From: an uncultured Bacteroidales bacterium
GTDB lineage: Bacteria; Bacteroidota; Bacteroidia; Bacteroidales; CAYTAU01
DNA length: 64,000 bases
Direction of reading: 5' to 3'
NCBI GenBank assembly: GCA_964442075.1
Contig: CAYTWH010000008.1
Coordinates: 1,828 to 65,827, forward strand
The translations under genes and the position numbers were made by a program. Numbering within the stretch: the stretch's first letter is position 1; each line of letters starts with the position of its first letter. Below, in pieces: positions 16,944-27,794 of the stretch. The notes under the pieces are model-generated. The model ran no database searches and had not been told where the DNA came from. It saw only the letters and a program-made list of their open reading frames with translations.

Positions 16944-18155
16944 ATGAATAAACTAAAAGTAGGTATTTTAAAAGAAACAAAAACTCCTCCAGACAGAAGA
17001 GTTGCTGTTGCTCCAAAACAAGCAAAAGAATTAGTAGCTCGTTTTAAAAATGTTGAATTAGTAATACAATCTAGTGATAATAGATGTTTTAAGGATAATG
17101 AATATACCGATTTGGGATTAACTGTAGTTAATGATGTTAGCGATTGTGATATTTTACTTGGAGTTAAAGAAGTTCATATTCCTGAATTACTGGAAAATAA
17201 AAAATATCTTTTCTTTTCTCATACTGCAAAAATGCAAGCATATAATCAACCATTATTAAAACAAATGATTGATAAAAATATTCAGATGATAGATCATGAA
17301 TGTTTAACAGATAAAAATAATATTAGAGTTGTTGCTTTTGGAAGATGGGCAGGTATTGTTGGCGCTTATAATGGACTGATAGCTTTTGGGAAACGCAGCA
17401 ATTTGTTTGATTTAAAACGTGCAAAAGATTGCCACGATATGGAAGATATGCTTAATGAGGTAAGAAAAATAAAACTTCCTGCAATTAAAATCCTTATTAC
17501 AGGAACAGGTAGAGTTGGTATGGGTGCAATTGAAACTCTTGCACCATTAAATTTAAAACAAGTTACATACAGTGATTTTTTAAATAATAAATACGACGAA
17601 GCTGTTATTTGTCAGATTGATGCTGATGTTTACACAAAACGTAAAGATGGAAGCAAGTTTGAGTTTCAACATTTTTTCAAAAACCCGGATATGTATGAAG
17701 GTACTTTCAAAGCATTTACAAAAGTAACAGATATTTATATCCCTAGTCATTTTTGGGCTAAGCGTTCACCTGTATTTATGACAGCAGAAGACTATAAAGC
17801 TTCCGATTTTAAAATTTCAGTAATTGCAGATATTAGCTGCGATATAAAAGACCCTATTCCATCTACTTTAAGAGCCTCAACTATTGCGGAACCGTTTTAT
17901 GGATATAATCCAAGTACAGGAGAAGAAGGCGATGCATGGGATTTAAAAAATGTTACAGTTATGGCTGTTGATAATCTTCCCGGAGAATTACCACGCGATG
18001 CTTCAGTTGATTTTAGCAAAGCATTACTGGATAAAATTTTCCCATCTTTATTTGGCGAAGATAGCGATGGGATAATTGAACGTGCAAGTATTACAAAAGA
18101 TGGAAAATTAACAGCTATATATGCTTATCTACAGGGTTTTTTGAATGGAAAATAG
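16944..18155 (+). CDS. AlaDH/PNT-fold NAD(P)-dependent dehydrogenase, saccharopine dehydrogenase (LOR/SDH)-like
   Basis: The N-terminus GILKETKTPPDRRVAVAP is typical of the AlaDH/PNT N-domain. There is a Rossmann motif ILITGTGRVGMGA, and the length is about 400 aa. Confidence 0.75.
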   Translation: MNKLKVGILKETKTPPDRRVAVAPKQAKELVARFKNVELVIQSSDNRCFKDNEYTDLGLTVVNDVSDCDILLGVKEVHIPELLENKKYLFFSHTAKMQAYNQPLLKQMIDKNIQMIDHECLTDKNNIRVVAFGRWAGIVGAYNGLIAFGKRSNLFDLKRAKDCHDMEDMLNEVRKIKLPAIKILITGTGRVGMGAIETLAPLNLKQVTYSDFLNNKYDEAVICQIDADVYTKRKDGSKFEFQHFFKNPDMYEGTFKAFTKVTDIYIPSHFWAKRSPVFMTAEDYKASDFKISVIADISCDIKDPIPSTLRASTIAEPFYGYNPSTGEEGDAWDLKNVTVMAVDNLPGELPRDASVDFSKALLDKIFPSLFGEDSDGIIERASITKDGKLTAIYAYLQGFLNGK

Positions 18156-18190
18156 TTGTAAAATGTTTAAATTTTATAATGCCGTTCTTT

Positions 18191-20395
18191 CTACCTGATT
18201 ACAGAGATCTTTTTTATTTCTTTTTCTGTTCCATTATTAATGTGGACAAAATACATACCGCTGTTTAATCTTGTGAGATTAAGTTCAACTTTTTGGCTGT
18301 ATGTATTAAAATCTTTTTTAAGTACTACTTTACCAAAAACATCATAAATCTTAATGTTTACATTTTTAAGATCAGTATTTCCTAAATTAACATATACAAT
18401 ATTATTTACAGGGTTTGGATATACATTTATCTCGTTAGATACAAATTTTGGATTGTTTGTTTTAGGATGTGAAACATTCATTGGCGATATTTTTGTAATA
18501 GTTCCATCAGAAAGTTCAGAAACACAAGTCCTGACATCTAATCCTAAGGAAGTAGCCAAACCTAATGAACTGTAACTTTTCCAACTACCATCATAAATAT
18601 AAGAACTGTTTACTCCTGTATATCTGTCATGTGCCTGATAAATTGCAAAATTATCATGTGGAGTATTATATAAAATTTCATATCCAACATAAAAATTCCC
18701 GTCGGTTAAAATTGGAGGGTCAAAAGCTAAATAATTCCACGAATCAACTATAAAATCACTAATTAAAACACTTACTGATTCTAGCTCAGCACCGGGTTGT
18801 GTTCCTCCCTCCCACACCTTAAAAGTAATAAAAGAAGAACCGGAATTATCTTCAGCTACTGCACAAGGAATATTAATTCCATGAACATAATGATATGTAG
18901 TGTTAGTGTATTTATCGGCAAATTTTGTCCAAGCATATTCGTTATGACCTGTCCAGTAACCCCACTTGCTAGTGCTAAAATCATAATATGTTAAAGGGTC
19001 ATTAGCAAAATTGTTGATAAAATCGCATGCAACAATAGCTCCGCCGTTTGGGTCATATCCGTCTAAAGTAGTTGGATTAGAACCAGCAGGATCAAGCCAT
19101 GATTTTAATTGTTTTGCACTCGTAGAATAATAATCCCACGAAATAGTAAATTTTGCATAATAATCATTTATAGAATTTGCACATGATGCCTGACCTCCTG
19201 TTAGATCACCAATTATTCTATGGTTTTCATCAAATAAAGGAGAACCCGAAGAACCTCCTTCTGTAGTACCCAAATCCCATTCAAGTACTTGCCAATGTGC
19301 ATTATCGCCAAAACTTCCATAATCTCCTGTTACAGGAGCGTCGTTGTCTTTAGATATTTTTTTCACATCTCCACTTGGATGATGTATTCCTATTGTATTA
19401 CTCGCTGCTGCTGTCCCTTTATTCCATCCTGCATAATATGGATTATAAGCAGATTCTGGAGTACTTGATAATTCCACAAGACAGAAATCCAAATTTTGTG
19501 CATCAGAAGCACTTGTAGTTGCTCTTAATTGACATCCTGAAACAGTTTGGCTTATAGAGCCATCAACTCCATTACATATAGGACTCTCATAATTAAAATA
19601 AAAAACCCAGGTATTATAAGGTTCTCCTGTGCAATGGTGTGCTGTTAAAAAATAAGGTGTTTCATCACTGTTTGTATTGTTTATTAATGCTCCTGTACAT
19701 AAAGTTGATCCTCCCATAATAATTCTGCAAACAGCATGTTTATCAACTTGCCATGCATCACCATCCGGGCAATTAATATCAATATTACAAGCTCCCGACT
19801 GACCAAAACTACCATCTTTCTCAAAATTGAAAATTCCTCGATAATCATGCCCTATTTGTCCAATATGTAATTTGCCATTAAATTTCACGTTTGAAGGCTC
19901 ATAATATTCAATAAATATTTTATCTCCAGGAACTAATTCTGTTGGCAAAACTTTAGATTCCTTATTATTTAAATTTGTAAAAGCTCCAATAATAAATGAT
20001 TTATCTTCATTGTACAAGTACAGAGCAGCATTTTCAGGTAATTCATATTCATCAAATATTAGATTTAAAGAATATGCATTGTCTGATTTTATTGATAACC
20101 TCCATAGTTTATCACCATTAGGTAAAATTTCCCATGTTCCTGAATTTTCTGGACTTAAATCCAGTTGGAATGTTTTTGCAAATCTAAATGCTGTTGCTTT
20201 TAAGTCATTATTTATTTCATCTTCTAAAAGCATTTCCTCAATGTTAAAATCAGGCATGTTAACATTCGCGATACTATTATCTTTCAATTCAAATATTATA
20301 CTTGGAGGTGTTCCCTTCGAACTTATTTGAGCAAAAAACTTATAATTTGTTATTAATAAGGAAATTATTATTAGAATAATGTATTGTCTTTTCAT
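18191..20395 (-). CDS. Secreted trypsin-fold (S1) serine endopeptidase with a T9SS type-A CTD
   Basis: It has the catalytic His motif LTAHHC, the Ser motif GGSSGSPLF, and the C-terminus NVYPNPVNNIVYVNL...GMYFVHI. Confidence 0.85.
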   Translation of the reverse strand: MKRQYIILIIISLLITNYKFFAQISSKGTPPSIIFELKDNSIANVNMPDFNIEEMLLEDEINNDLKATAFRFAKTFQLDLSPENSGTWEILPNGDKLWRLSIKSDNAYSLNLIFDEYELPENAALYLYNEDKSFIIGAFTNLNNKESKVLPTELVPGDKIFIEYYEPSNVKFNGKLHIGQIGHDYRGIFNFEKDGSFGQSGACNIDINCPDGDAWQVDKHAVCRIIMGGSTLCTGALINNTNSDETPYFLTAHHCTGEPYNTWVFYFNYESPICNGVDGSISQTVSGCQLRATTSASDAQNLDFCLVELSSTPESAYNPYYAGWNKGTAAASNTIGIHHPSGDVKKISKDNDAPVTGDYGSFGDNAHWQVLEWDLGTTEGGSSGSPLFDENHRIIGDLTGGQASCANSINDYYAKFTISWDYYSTSAKQLKSWLDPAGSNPTTLDGYDPNGGAIVACDFINNFANDPLTYYDFSTSKWGYWTGHNEYAWTKFADKYTNTTYHYVHGINIPCAVAEDNSGSSFITFKVWEGGTQPGAELESVSVLISDFIVDSWNYLAFDPPILTDGNFYVGYEILYNTPHDNFAIYQAHDRYTGVNSSYIYDGSWKSYSSLGLATSLGLDVRTCVSELSDGTITKISPMNVSHPKTNNPKFVSNEINVYPNPVNNIVYVNLGNTDLKNVNIKIYDVFGKVVLKKDFNTYSQKVELNLTRLNSGMYFVHINNGTEKEIKKISVIR

Positions 20396-20488
20396 ATTTA
20401 AGAGTTTTAACTTTAAACAATAAAATTATAACAATAATATGAAAATTACAAATAATGAAAATAAAATAACTCTATAGACAGACTCAAA

Positions 20489-21568
20489 CTATTTGGATTT
20501 TCTCTTTAAATCAAGAAAAACAGGAAGATGATCGCTAAATCCGTTATTAAACTTAAATCCAATATAAGTTCTAAAAGGTTTTTCGCCGATATTTCTTTCA
20601 TCTTTTTCAAGAAGGAAATCTGCATTAAAAACATGAACATCATTAAGCGATGTATTAATTCTGTTATTTGAATTAAATAAATTTCCTGAAACAATAAACT
20701 GATCTAAGATGCCCCAATTTCCTTGATATTTGTGAGAACCAAGTCCTTTTTTGTCTTTAAGGTAAAAAGATAAATTGTATAATTCATTAGCTTTGATATC
20801 TGTATATTTTGTTTTTGCACCTAATGCTTCAATTAAACTTTTATTATCAGGTTCATCGTTAAAGTCGCCAGTAATAATAATATTTGCATTTTTATTAGCA
20901 GTAAAAATTGAATCAACAACGTCTCTTAAAACATTAGCCACGAAAATTCTTTTAGGTTCTGATTCTAATTGTCCACCCCATCTCGAAGGCCAATGATTTA
21001 TGAAAATATGCAAAGTATCATTTTTTGTTGTTTTGCCTTCAACATATAAAATATCTCTGGTTTTTCGGGCATTATTAGGAAAATTAATTGATATAGACTG
21101 ATATTTAATAGGAGTAAATTTATCTTGTTGGTACAATAATCCAACATCAATACCACGTTTATCGGGCGATTCATCATGAATTATCCTGTATTTATATTTT
21201 TTAAGAGGCGTAAACTTTGTAATTCCGTCAAGTACATATCTGTTCTCAATTTCACATAAACCTATAATTTCCGGTGGTTCCCAACCTCCAACAGCAGTAA
21301 TAACCTTGCTAATATTGTTTATTTTTTTATAATATTTTCTATTATTCCAATATTTGTTGCCATTTGGTAAAAATTCATCATCATTCTTTAATGTATCATC
21401 AAAAGTGTCAAAAAGATTTTCAACATTATAGAACATTATTCTAAAATATCCCCTTTCAATATCATTAAATGATGTTTTGTCATCATTTTTTGATGCTTCT
21501 TTATTTGTAGAGCAAGAGATACTTGCAAAAAGAATTATAATTAGCGTTATTTTATAAATATGCTTCAT
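20489..21568 (-). CDS. Endonuclease/exonuclease/phosphatase (EEP) family lipoprotein
   Basis: It has a lipoprotein signal (ASISCS). The N-terminal FRIMFYNVENLFD and C-terminal SDHLPVFLDL are EEP hallmarks. Confidence 0.85.
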   Translation of the reverse strand: MKHIYKITLIIILFASISCSTNKEASKNDDKTSFNDIERGYFRIMFYNVENLFDTFDDTLKNDDEFLPNGNKYWNNRKYYKKINNISKVITAVGGWEPPEIIGLCEIENRYVLDGITKFTPLKKYKYRIIHDESPDKRGIDVGLLYQQDKFTPIKYQSISINFPNNARKTRDILYVEGKTTKNDTLHIFINHWPSRWGGQLESEPKRIFVANVLRDVVDSIFTANKNANIIITGDFNDEPDNKSLIEALGAKTKYTDIKANELYNLSFYLKDKKGLGSHKYQGNWGILDQFIVSGNLFNSNNRINTSLNDVHVFNADFLLEKDERNIGEKPFRTYIGFKFNNGFSDHLPVFLDLKRKSK

Positions 21569-23004
21569 TCAACAAACTCGTAAGCTCCAAGATCAGGAGT
21601 TGAGGTTCTGTTTTCTTCGTTTAAATCATTATATATATGTACGTCAGGATATTGACTATTGACATCATTAATAATGTTAATATCGCCCTTATCCTTAGCA
21701 TTAGAGGAAACTTTTATTTGATAATCGTTTTCACTGGGATCAATAAATTCCGGTGAAAGATTAATATATACAGAGTTAAAATGTGTTGCATCAGATGTAT
21801 TTACATCTTCATTAACTTTTAAAAGACAATGATCGAAATTATAATTAAACTCATCATCATATCCGGGAAACATATCCAGATCAATTTCATTTTCTTTATT
21901 TCCGTATATTATACAATTTCCAAAATTTGCGTTTTCAAGAGGTCTAATCTGATAAACTCCATTTATATCTTTATAATAATTATTTAGGAGTAAGGATCCG
22001 TTTGTCCTAGTTGAGTATGTCCAATAATTACCAATAGTACAATGGTACATTTCATAAGTGCCGCCAATAGCAAACCCTACAGCATACTGACCACAATTTG
22101 AAAAAACACAATTTGTTGCCAAAACATTTGAACCAAGAGCGTATAGCCCAACAGCATTCATGTTTTGTATAATTGTATTTGTAAGTGTTAACGATGGATT
22201 TGAAAAATCATTAAGTGTATCTATTTCTATTCCTATAATTGCATTTTTAATTATTGCATAATCAATGGTATGATTAGAGTTATTTGAACCCCATAGCCAA
22301 ATTCCAACCCATTGTCCAGGAATATCATCATACATCGACTCTAATCTGTCACCCTGAAAAACTACGGGATTATCTTTTGTTCCGTCAACTATTAAATTTG
22401 CAGTTGGATAAACATAAAAACGTGAATTTCTATGAAAATGGATCTGCACACCTTCCTGTATTGTTAATGTCTCACCACTGTCAAGAGCCATCGAATTATA
22501 AACCAAATATGGTCTGTCGTTAACCCAAGTACCTCCGGAAATTACTTCACCATTAATATAATGTGCATCCTGTCCCCAGGCAACAAGGTCAATATCCTGA
22601 ATGTTTCCATTAGTAGTAAATACAATTGAATCCTGGATTACAAAAGGATTATCTAGATCGTGAGGATTAACTGTAACTTCAACAAAAATAAAAATACTGT
22701 CTTTAGCAGGTATTTCAATATCACTTGCTTTATAAGAAGCAATTCCGTTTATATTTAGTCTGAAATTAGAACTACTGCCTTTTGCCAAAGTAATTGAGCT
22801 AATATTAATTGCTTGTTTATATGGGTTGTAAACTTTTAATCTGTTAGTTGTAGAACCAATATTAGTAAAGACAGTATCAAACATTACTGTATCAACAGAG
22901 AAATTTAGTTTAGCCGTATTATCAGTTAAAAGTTTTTCTTTTCTACAAAATGATAAAAGAAGAACAAAACTAATAAGTAATAATATTTGAATAATCCTTT
23001 TCAT
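21565..23004 (-). CDS. Hypothetical lipoprotein, probably with parallel beta-helix repeats
   Basis: It has a lipoprotein signal (LLLSFC) and repetitive segments of the form N-x-I-I-x-N...G-x-x-A...N-C-x-F-x-N. A 4-nt overlap with the downstream EEP gene suggests an operon. Confidence 0.7.
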   Translation of the reverse strand: MKRIIQILLLISFVLLLSFCRKEKLLTDNTAKLNFSVDTVMFDTVFTNIGSTTNRLKVYNPYKQAINISSITLAKGSSSNFRLNINGIASYKASDIEIPAKDSIFIFVEVTVNPHDLDNPFVIQDSIVFTTNGNIQDIDLVAWGQDAHYINGEVISGGTWVNDRPYLVYNSMALDSGETLTIQEGVQIHFHRNSRFYVYPTANLIVDGTKDNPVVFQGDRLESMYDDIPGQWVGIWLWGSNNSNHTIDYAIIKNAIIGIEIDTLNDFSNPSLTLTNTIIQNMNAVGLYALGSNVLATNCVFSNCGQYAVGFAIGGTYEMYHCTIGNYWTYSTRTNGSLLLNNYYKDINGVYQIRPLENANFGNCIIYGNKENEIDLDMFPGYDDEFNYNFDHCLLKVNEDVNTSDATHFNSVYINLSPEFIDPSENDYQIKVSSNAKDKGDINIINDVNSQYPDVHIYNDLNEENRTSTPDLGAYEFVE

Positions 23005-23153
23005 AAAAATTTAGAATGTAAAAATATACAAAATTATTAACGTAGCCATTATATAAATATTTTGGCAACTCTAATATTTACATTTTTTTATTACTTAAAA
23101 TTTAATATCTTTACATATAGTAATATTTCGTTAATTAAATTAAAATATTGATT

Positions 23154-24836
23154 ATGAATAATTTTAAAAACAAATCTGCATTACTTCTAATTTTAGTAAT
23201 GTCCTTTTTTATGAAAATTGATGCTCAAAATAATAATGTGGGAATTGGAACAAATACACCAGATGCATCTTCAATATTGGAATTATCAGCTACTGATAAA
23301 GGCTTATTAATTACACGAGTTGCTTTAAATGATGCAAGCACTGCAGCACCCATTACCTCGCCTGTTGAAGGCTTATTAATTTATAATGCTACCGGTTCAG
23401 AGGCTCACGGTTTCTGGTACTGGGATGGTACAGAATGGTTACAAGTAGGCTCCGGTAGTTCAGGAGGAGGAACTCTTGATGATGCTTATAATTTTGGTGG
23501 TAATGGTTTAGGACGAGCAATTGCAGCAGATTACGGTTCTGTCGAAATAAGTCTTTCAAATACTACAAATGGAACATCTGCACTTGATGTAATTTCAACA
23601 ACAGGAACATCAGGAACGCCATCTTTAGCAATAATTGCTCAAAACAGTGGAGTTGGCGGAAGCATTTATTCTGAAAACACAAATACAGCAAATGCATATA
23701 ATTCTATAGAAGGTTCAACAAATAGTACTAACGCATATACATCTGCTGTTGCAGGATATTATGATGGAACAGGACAAGGTGTTGGCGTTTATGGTAGTGT
23801 ATATGATCCTGCATCAACAGGAGTTGCCGGAGTAATGGGAGTAAATAACAGAACAAGTGGTGGACATGGAGTTTTTGGACAAGGTGTTAATGGTGTTGTT
23901 GGAGAAACAAATGATGCAGGTGGAGCAGGCCTTTGGGGACAGAATAACGATGGAACAGGAACAGGAAATGCATGCGGTGTTATAGGCGATGGAAACTATG
24001 GTATTTGGGGACAAACATCGTATGGACAAGCAGGAGTTTTTGGCATAAACACAAGAGTAACTGGCGGTCATGGTGTTTGGGGACAAGGTGTTAATGGAGT
24101 TGTTGGAGAAAGTGTTGATGTTAATGGTTATGGAGTATTTGGACAAAATTCTGCAGCAATTGACCCTGGTGCAGGTGTAGCAGGACTTGGAATAACAGGA
24201 GTTATTGGTCAAAGTACAAACCTTTCTTTAAGTTATGGGTTATTTTCTTATGATGATTGTGGAATTACACAGCATATTGATATTGGAGGAAACCTCTCGG
24301 TTGGTGGCACAAAATCTTTTGTAATAGACCACCCAAATGATCCAGACAATAAATTTTTAAAACATTTTTGTATTGAATCACCTGAAGTATTAAATGTTTA
24401 TAGAGGAGTAACTATTCTTAATGCTAGTGGCGAAGCAATAGTTGAACTGCCTGACTATTTTACTGACATTAATACTAATTTCTCATATAGCTTAACTCCA
24501 GTTGGATCATCTGCTCCAAATCTTTATATCAAAGAAAAAATTAATAATGGAAATTTTGTAGTTGCTGGAGGTAGTGCAAATCAAGAAATTAATTGGGTTG
24601 TATATGCTGAAAGAAATGATAAATATATGCAAGCAAACCCAGATTCTAAAGAGGTAGAAGTTACAAAAACGGGTAGATATAAAGGCAAGTATATGCACCC
24701 TGAACTATACGGCAAAACTAGAGACAATAGTATATTCCCTAATGTCAATTTAAAATTAACTTCCAAGAAAAATACAATTATCAATAATGAATCAATTAAA
24801 CTTAAAGATGTTAAACAAACCAGAAATAATAAATAA
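23154..24836 (+). CDS. Secreted glycine-rich fibre-like protein with a conserved C-terminal module
   Basis: The listed start 23148 is a TTG, and an ATG follows two codons later. It has a signal peptide and the N-terminal segment NNVGIGTNTPDASSILEL. There are duplicated GGHGV(F/W)GQGVNGVVGE modules, and the C-terminus reads KSFVIDHPNDPDNKFLKHFCIESPEVLNVYRG. Confidence 0.8.
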   Translation: MNNFKNKSALLLILVMSFFMKIDAQNNNVGIGTNTPDASSILELSATDKGLLITRVALNDASTAAPITSPVEGLLIYNATGSEAHGFWYWDGTEWLQVGSGSSGGGTLDDAYNFGGNGLGRAIAADYGSVEISLSNTTNGTSALDVISTTGTSGTPSLAIIAQNSGVGGSIYSENTNTANAYNSIEGSTNSTNAYTSAVAGYYDGTGQGVGVYGSVYDPASTGVAGVMGVNNRTSGGHGVFGQGVNGVVGETNDAGGAGLWGQNNDGTGTGNACGVIGDGNYGIWGQTSYGQAGVFGINTRVTGGHGVWGQGVNGVVGESVDVNGYGVFGQNSAAIDPGAGVAGLGITGVIGQSTNLSLSYGLFSYDDCGITQHIDIGGNLSVGGTKSFVIDHPNDPDNKFLKHFCIESPEVLNVYRGVTILNASGEAIVELPDYFTDINTNFSYSLTPVGSSAPNLYIKEKINNGNFVVAGGSANQEINWVVYAERNDKYMQANPDSKEVEVTKTGRYKGKYMHPELYGKTRDNSIFPNVNLKLTSKKNTIINNESIKLKDVKQTRNNK

Positions 24837-24842
24837 TTAAAG

Positions 24843-27791
24843 ATGACAGCAAATAAATATATATTTATATTAGTATTCCTGTTTTCTGCATTATTTGTTA
24901 AGGCACAGTTTGTATATAATAACGGAGCAATTTTTCATATAGATAATATTATTGTACACGTAAACGGTGATCTTGAAAATGGAACTTCCGGAAATATTAC
25001 AAATGAAGGTGACTTTTATATTACAAGTGATATTACAAATAATGCTCTAATTGGCGGAAACGGAACATACAATATCTCAGGCGATTGGATTAACAACAAC
25101 AACTTTAATCCGGGTTTAAGTAGTGTTTTTCTTGAAGGTGCCAATCAATTTATTACAGGAACTGTGTCAACAACATTTAATAACCTTAATTTAATTGGTA
25201 CAGGAATAAAAACATTGCAGATAAATACTGCTCTTGATGGCATTTTAGCTTTAAACGACAGAGAACTTGCTACCAATGACTATACAATGTCTATATTAAC
25301 AACAAATATTAATGCAATTACACGTACAACAGGTTTTGTAAGTAGTTTAAATAACGGAAATTTATTAAGAGCTACTTCAAGTAATTTAGTTTATGAATTC
25401 CCTGTTGGCTCAAGTATTGGAACATTAAGATACAGACCAGTTGAATTGCTTCCTGCTTCTTCTAGTGTTAACACATTTACTGTTCAAATGGTTAATGATG
25501 ATGCAACAAGTGATGGTTATGACAGAACTCAAACAGATACCACTATTTGTGCAACAGATCCTGATTTTTATCACAGAATAAACCGAACAACAGGAAGTGA
25601 TGCTGCTGATATTTCAATTTATTTTGATGAACTTGTTGATGGTTTATGGGATGGAATGGCTCAATGGAACACAACACCATTAACATTATGGGAAAATATG
25701 GGATTGGCAAATGTTATTTCAGCAAGTCCATTAAGTAGTGTAACTGTTCAAAACTGGAATGATTTTTCTACTGACCCATATATTTTAGCATTAGAAATGC
25801 CAAATGTTGACCTTGGTCCGGATACATTTTTTTGTGATGGCAGCTATATTACTATAGATGCAGGTACAGGTTTTGATTCGTATGCATGGTCTGATGGATT
25901 AACGACAACACAAACAATTGATATTACTACACCGGATACATATTATATTACTGTCACAACTCAAGGTTGTACAGCTATTGATAGTATTACTGTTATTCAA
26001 TATCCAAATCCTGTAGCTGATGCAGGTGAAAATGCTAGTATTTGTGCAGGAGAATCAATAACTTTAACAGGTAGCGGTGGTATATCTTATGAATGGAGTA
26101 CTACTGAAACAAATCAAAGCATTATTGTGAACCCTAATGTTACTACAACCTATTGGATAACAGTTACAGATAATTATTGTTGGGATGATGATAGTGTTAT
26201 TGTAACAGTTACTCCTCTTCCTAATGCTTATGCAGGTGTTGATCAAACTATATGTTTAGGAGATACAATATCACTTACGGCAACAGGTGGTTCAAGTTAT
26301 GAATGGAGTACAGGTTCGTTTAATCAAATTATTGATGTAAATCCTACATTTACTACAATTTATTATGTTACTGTAACAGATAATAGTTGTAATGAAGTCG
26401 ATACAGTTATAGTTAATGTTATTCCTTTTGTTACTGCCGATGCCGGTATTGATCAATCTATATGTGAAGGCGATACACTTGTTTTAACTGCTACCGGTGG
26501 AGTAAATTATTTGTGGAGTACTGCTGAAACCACAATCAGTATTACAGTTAATCCATCAAATACAACAACATATTATGTAACAGTTTCTGCAGGCACTTGT
26601 GGTGATATTGATAGCGTAACAGTTAGTGTTACTCCAATTCCTACAGCCGATGCGGGCTTTGACCAAACAATTTGTGAAGGAAACTCAACTACACTTACTG
26701 CCACAGGAGGAGGAACTTACTCATGGAGCACAGCACAAACCGGAGCAACAATCACAGTTATCCCAAATAGTACAACCATGTATTTTGTAACAGTTACTGT
26801 TAATGGATGCACCAATACTGATAGTGTAACTGTATATACAAATACTAATCCTACTCCAAGTATTACAGGAACATTAAGTTTCTGTACTGGAGGTTCTTCT
26901 ACTTTAGATGCCGGAGCTGGATATACAACTTATTCATGGTCACCTTCGGGTAATACTCAAACAATAAATGTAACTACAGCAGGGACATATTATGTTACTG
27001 TTAGCGATGCAAATGGATGTACAGGAAGTGATAATGTTGATGTGATAGTTCTACCAATACCAAATGCTTTTGCAGGACAGGATATTAATATTTGTTTTGG
27101 AGACACTATTCAACTTAATGCCTCAGGTGGAACAAGTTATCAATGGTCACCTGTCTCCGGTTTGTCAAATCCAAACATTAGTAATCCTTATGCAAACCCT
27201 TCTATAACAACTGAGTATTTGGTTATTGTATCAAATGGTACTTGTGCTGATAGTGATGCGCTTATAGTTAATGTATTGTCGCAACCTAGCATTTTTGCTG
27301 GAAATGATACTTCAATATATTTAGGTGATGAATATCAGATTAATGCAACTAATCAGTCAACATATTCTTATTTGTGGACTCCAACAAATTATTTAAGTAA
27401 TCCTTTAATATACAACCCTATCTCAACACCAGATATTGATATAACATACACTGTTGAAGTTACAGATGAAAATGGATGTAAGTCTTCTGACGATATTACA
27501 ATCTATATTATAGAAAAACCTGGAGGTAATTTAATTATTTATAACACTTTTACTCCAAATGGCGATAATGTAAATGATTTCTGGGAAATTGATAATATTG
27601 AACAATATCCTAACAATATTATTGAAGTATATAACAGAAATGGACACAAAGTGTTTGAAACCACCAATTATCAGAACAATTGGGATGGAAAATATTTTGG
27701 CAATAATTTGCCAGCCGCCACATATTATTATATAATAGACCTGGGAAACGGAACAGAAGTGCATAAAGGTAATGTAACAATAATACGATAA
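24843..27791 (+). CDS. Large adhesin-like protein with a T9SS type-B (gliding-motility-associated) C-terminal domain
   Basis: It has tandem modules of about 70-75 aa (ADAG.DQ.IC.G....LTA.GG..Y.WST). The C-terminus IIYNTFTPNGDNVNDFWEIDNIEQYPNN.IEVYNRNGHKVFE...GNVTIIR matches the type-B sorting domain. Confidence 0.9.
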   Translation: MTANKYIFILVFLFSALFVKAQFVYNNGAIFHIDNIIVHVNGDLENGTSGNITNEGDFYITSDITNNALIGGNGTYNISGDWINNNNFNPGLSSVFLEGANQFITGTVSTTFNNLNLIGTGIKTLQINTALDGILALNDRELATNDYTMSILTTNINAITRTTGFVSSLNNGNLLRATSSNLVYEFPVGSSIGTLRYRPVELLPASSSVNTFTVQMVNDDATSDGYDRTQTDTTICATDPDFYHRINRTTGSDAADISIYFDELVDGLWDGMAQWNTTPLTLWENMGLANVISASPLSSVTVQNWNDFSTDPYILALEMPNVDLGPDTFFCDGSYITIDAGTGFDSYAWSDGLTTTQTIDITTPDTYYITVTTQGCTAIDSITVIQYPNPVADAGENASICAGESITLTGSGGISYEWSTTETNQSIIVNPNVTTTYWITVTDNYCWDDDSVIVTVTPLPNAYAGVDQTICLGDTISLTATGGSSYEWSTGSFNQIIDVNPTFTTIYYVTVTDNSCNEVDTVIVNVIPFVTADAGIDQSICEGDTLVLTATGGVNYLWSTAETTISITVNPSNTTTYYVTVSAGTCGDIDSVTVSVTPIPTADAGFDQTICEGNSTTLTATGGGTYSWSTAQTGATITVIPNSTTMYFVTVTVNGCTNTDSVTVYTNTNPTPSITGTLSFCTGGSSTLDAGAGYTTYSWSPSGNTQTINVTTAGTYYVTVSDANGCTGSDNVDVIVLPIPNAFAGQDINICFGDTIQLNASGGTSYQWSPVSGLSNPNISNPYANPSITTEYLVIVSNGTCADSDALIVNVLSQPSIFAGNDTSIYLGDEYQINATNQSTYSYLWTPTNYLSNPLIYNPISTPDIDITYTVEVTDENGCKSSDDITIYIIEKPGGNLIIYNTFTPNGDNVNDFWEIDNIEQYPNNIIEVYNRNGHKVFETTNYQNNWDGKYFGNNLPAATYYYIIDLGNGTEVHKGNVTIIR

Positions 27792-27794
27792 GCC

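Noticed and set aside
23814-24212. A 132-aa antisense ORF lies inside the glycine-rich gene.
   Set aside because: It is a mirror frame of GGN-rich repeats, so stop codons are absent by composition. Its product is a C/S/N-rich low-complexity sequence with no start context.
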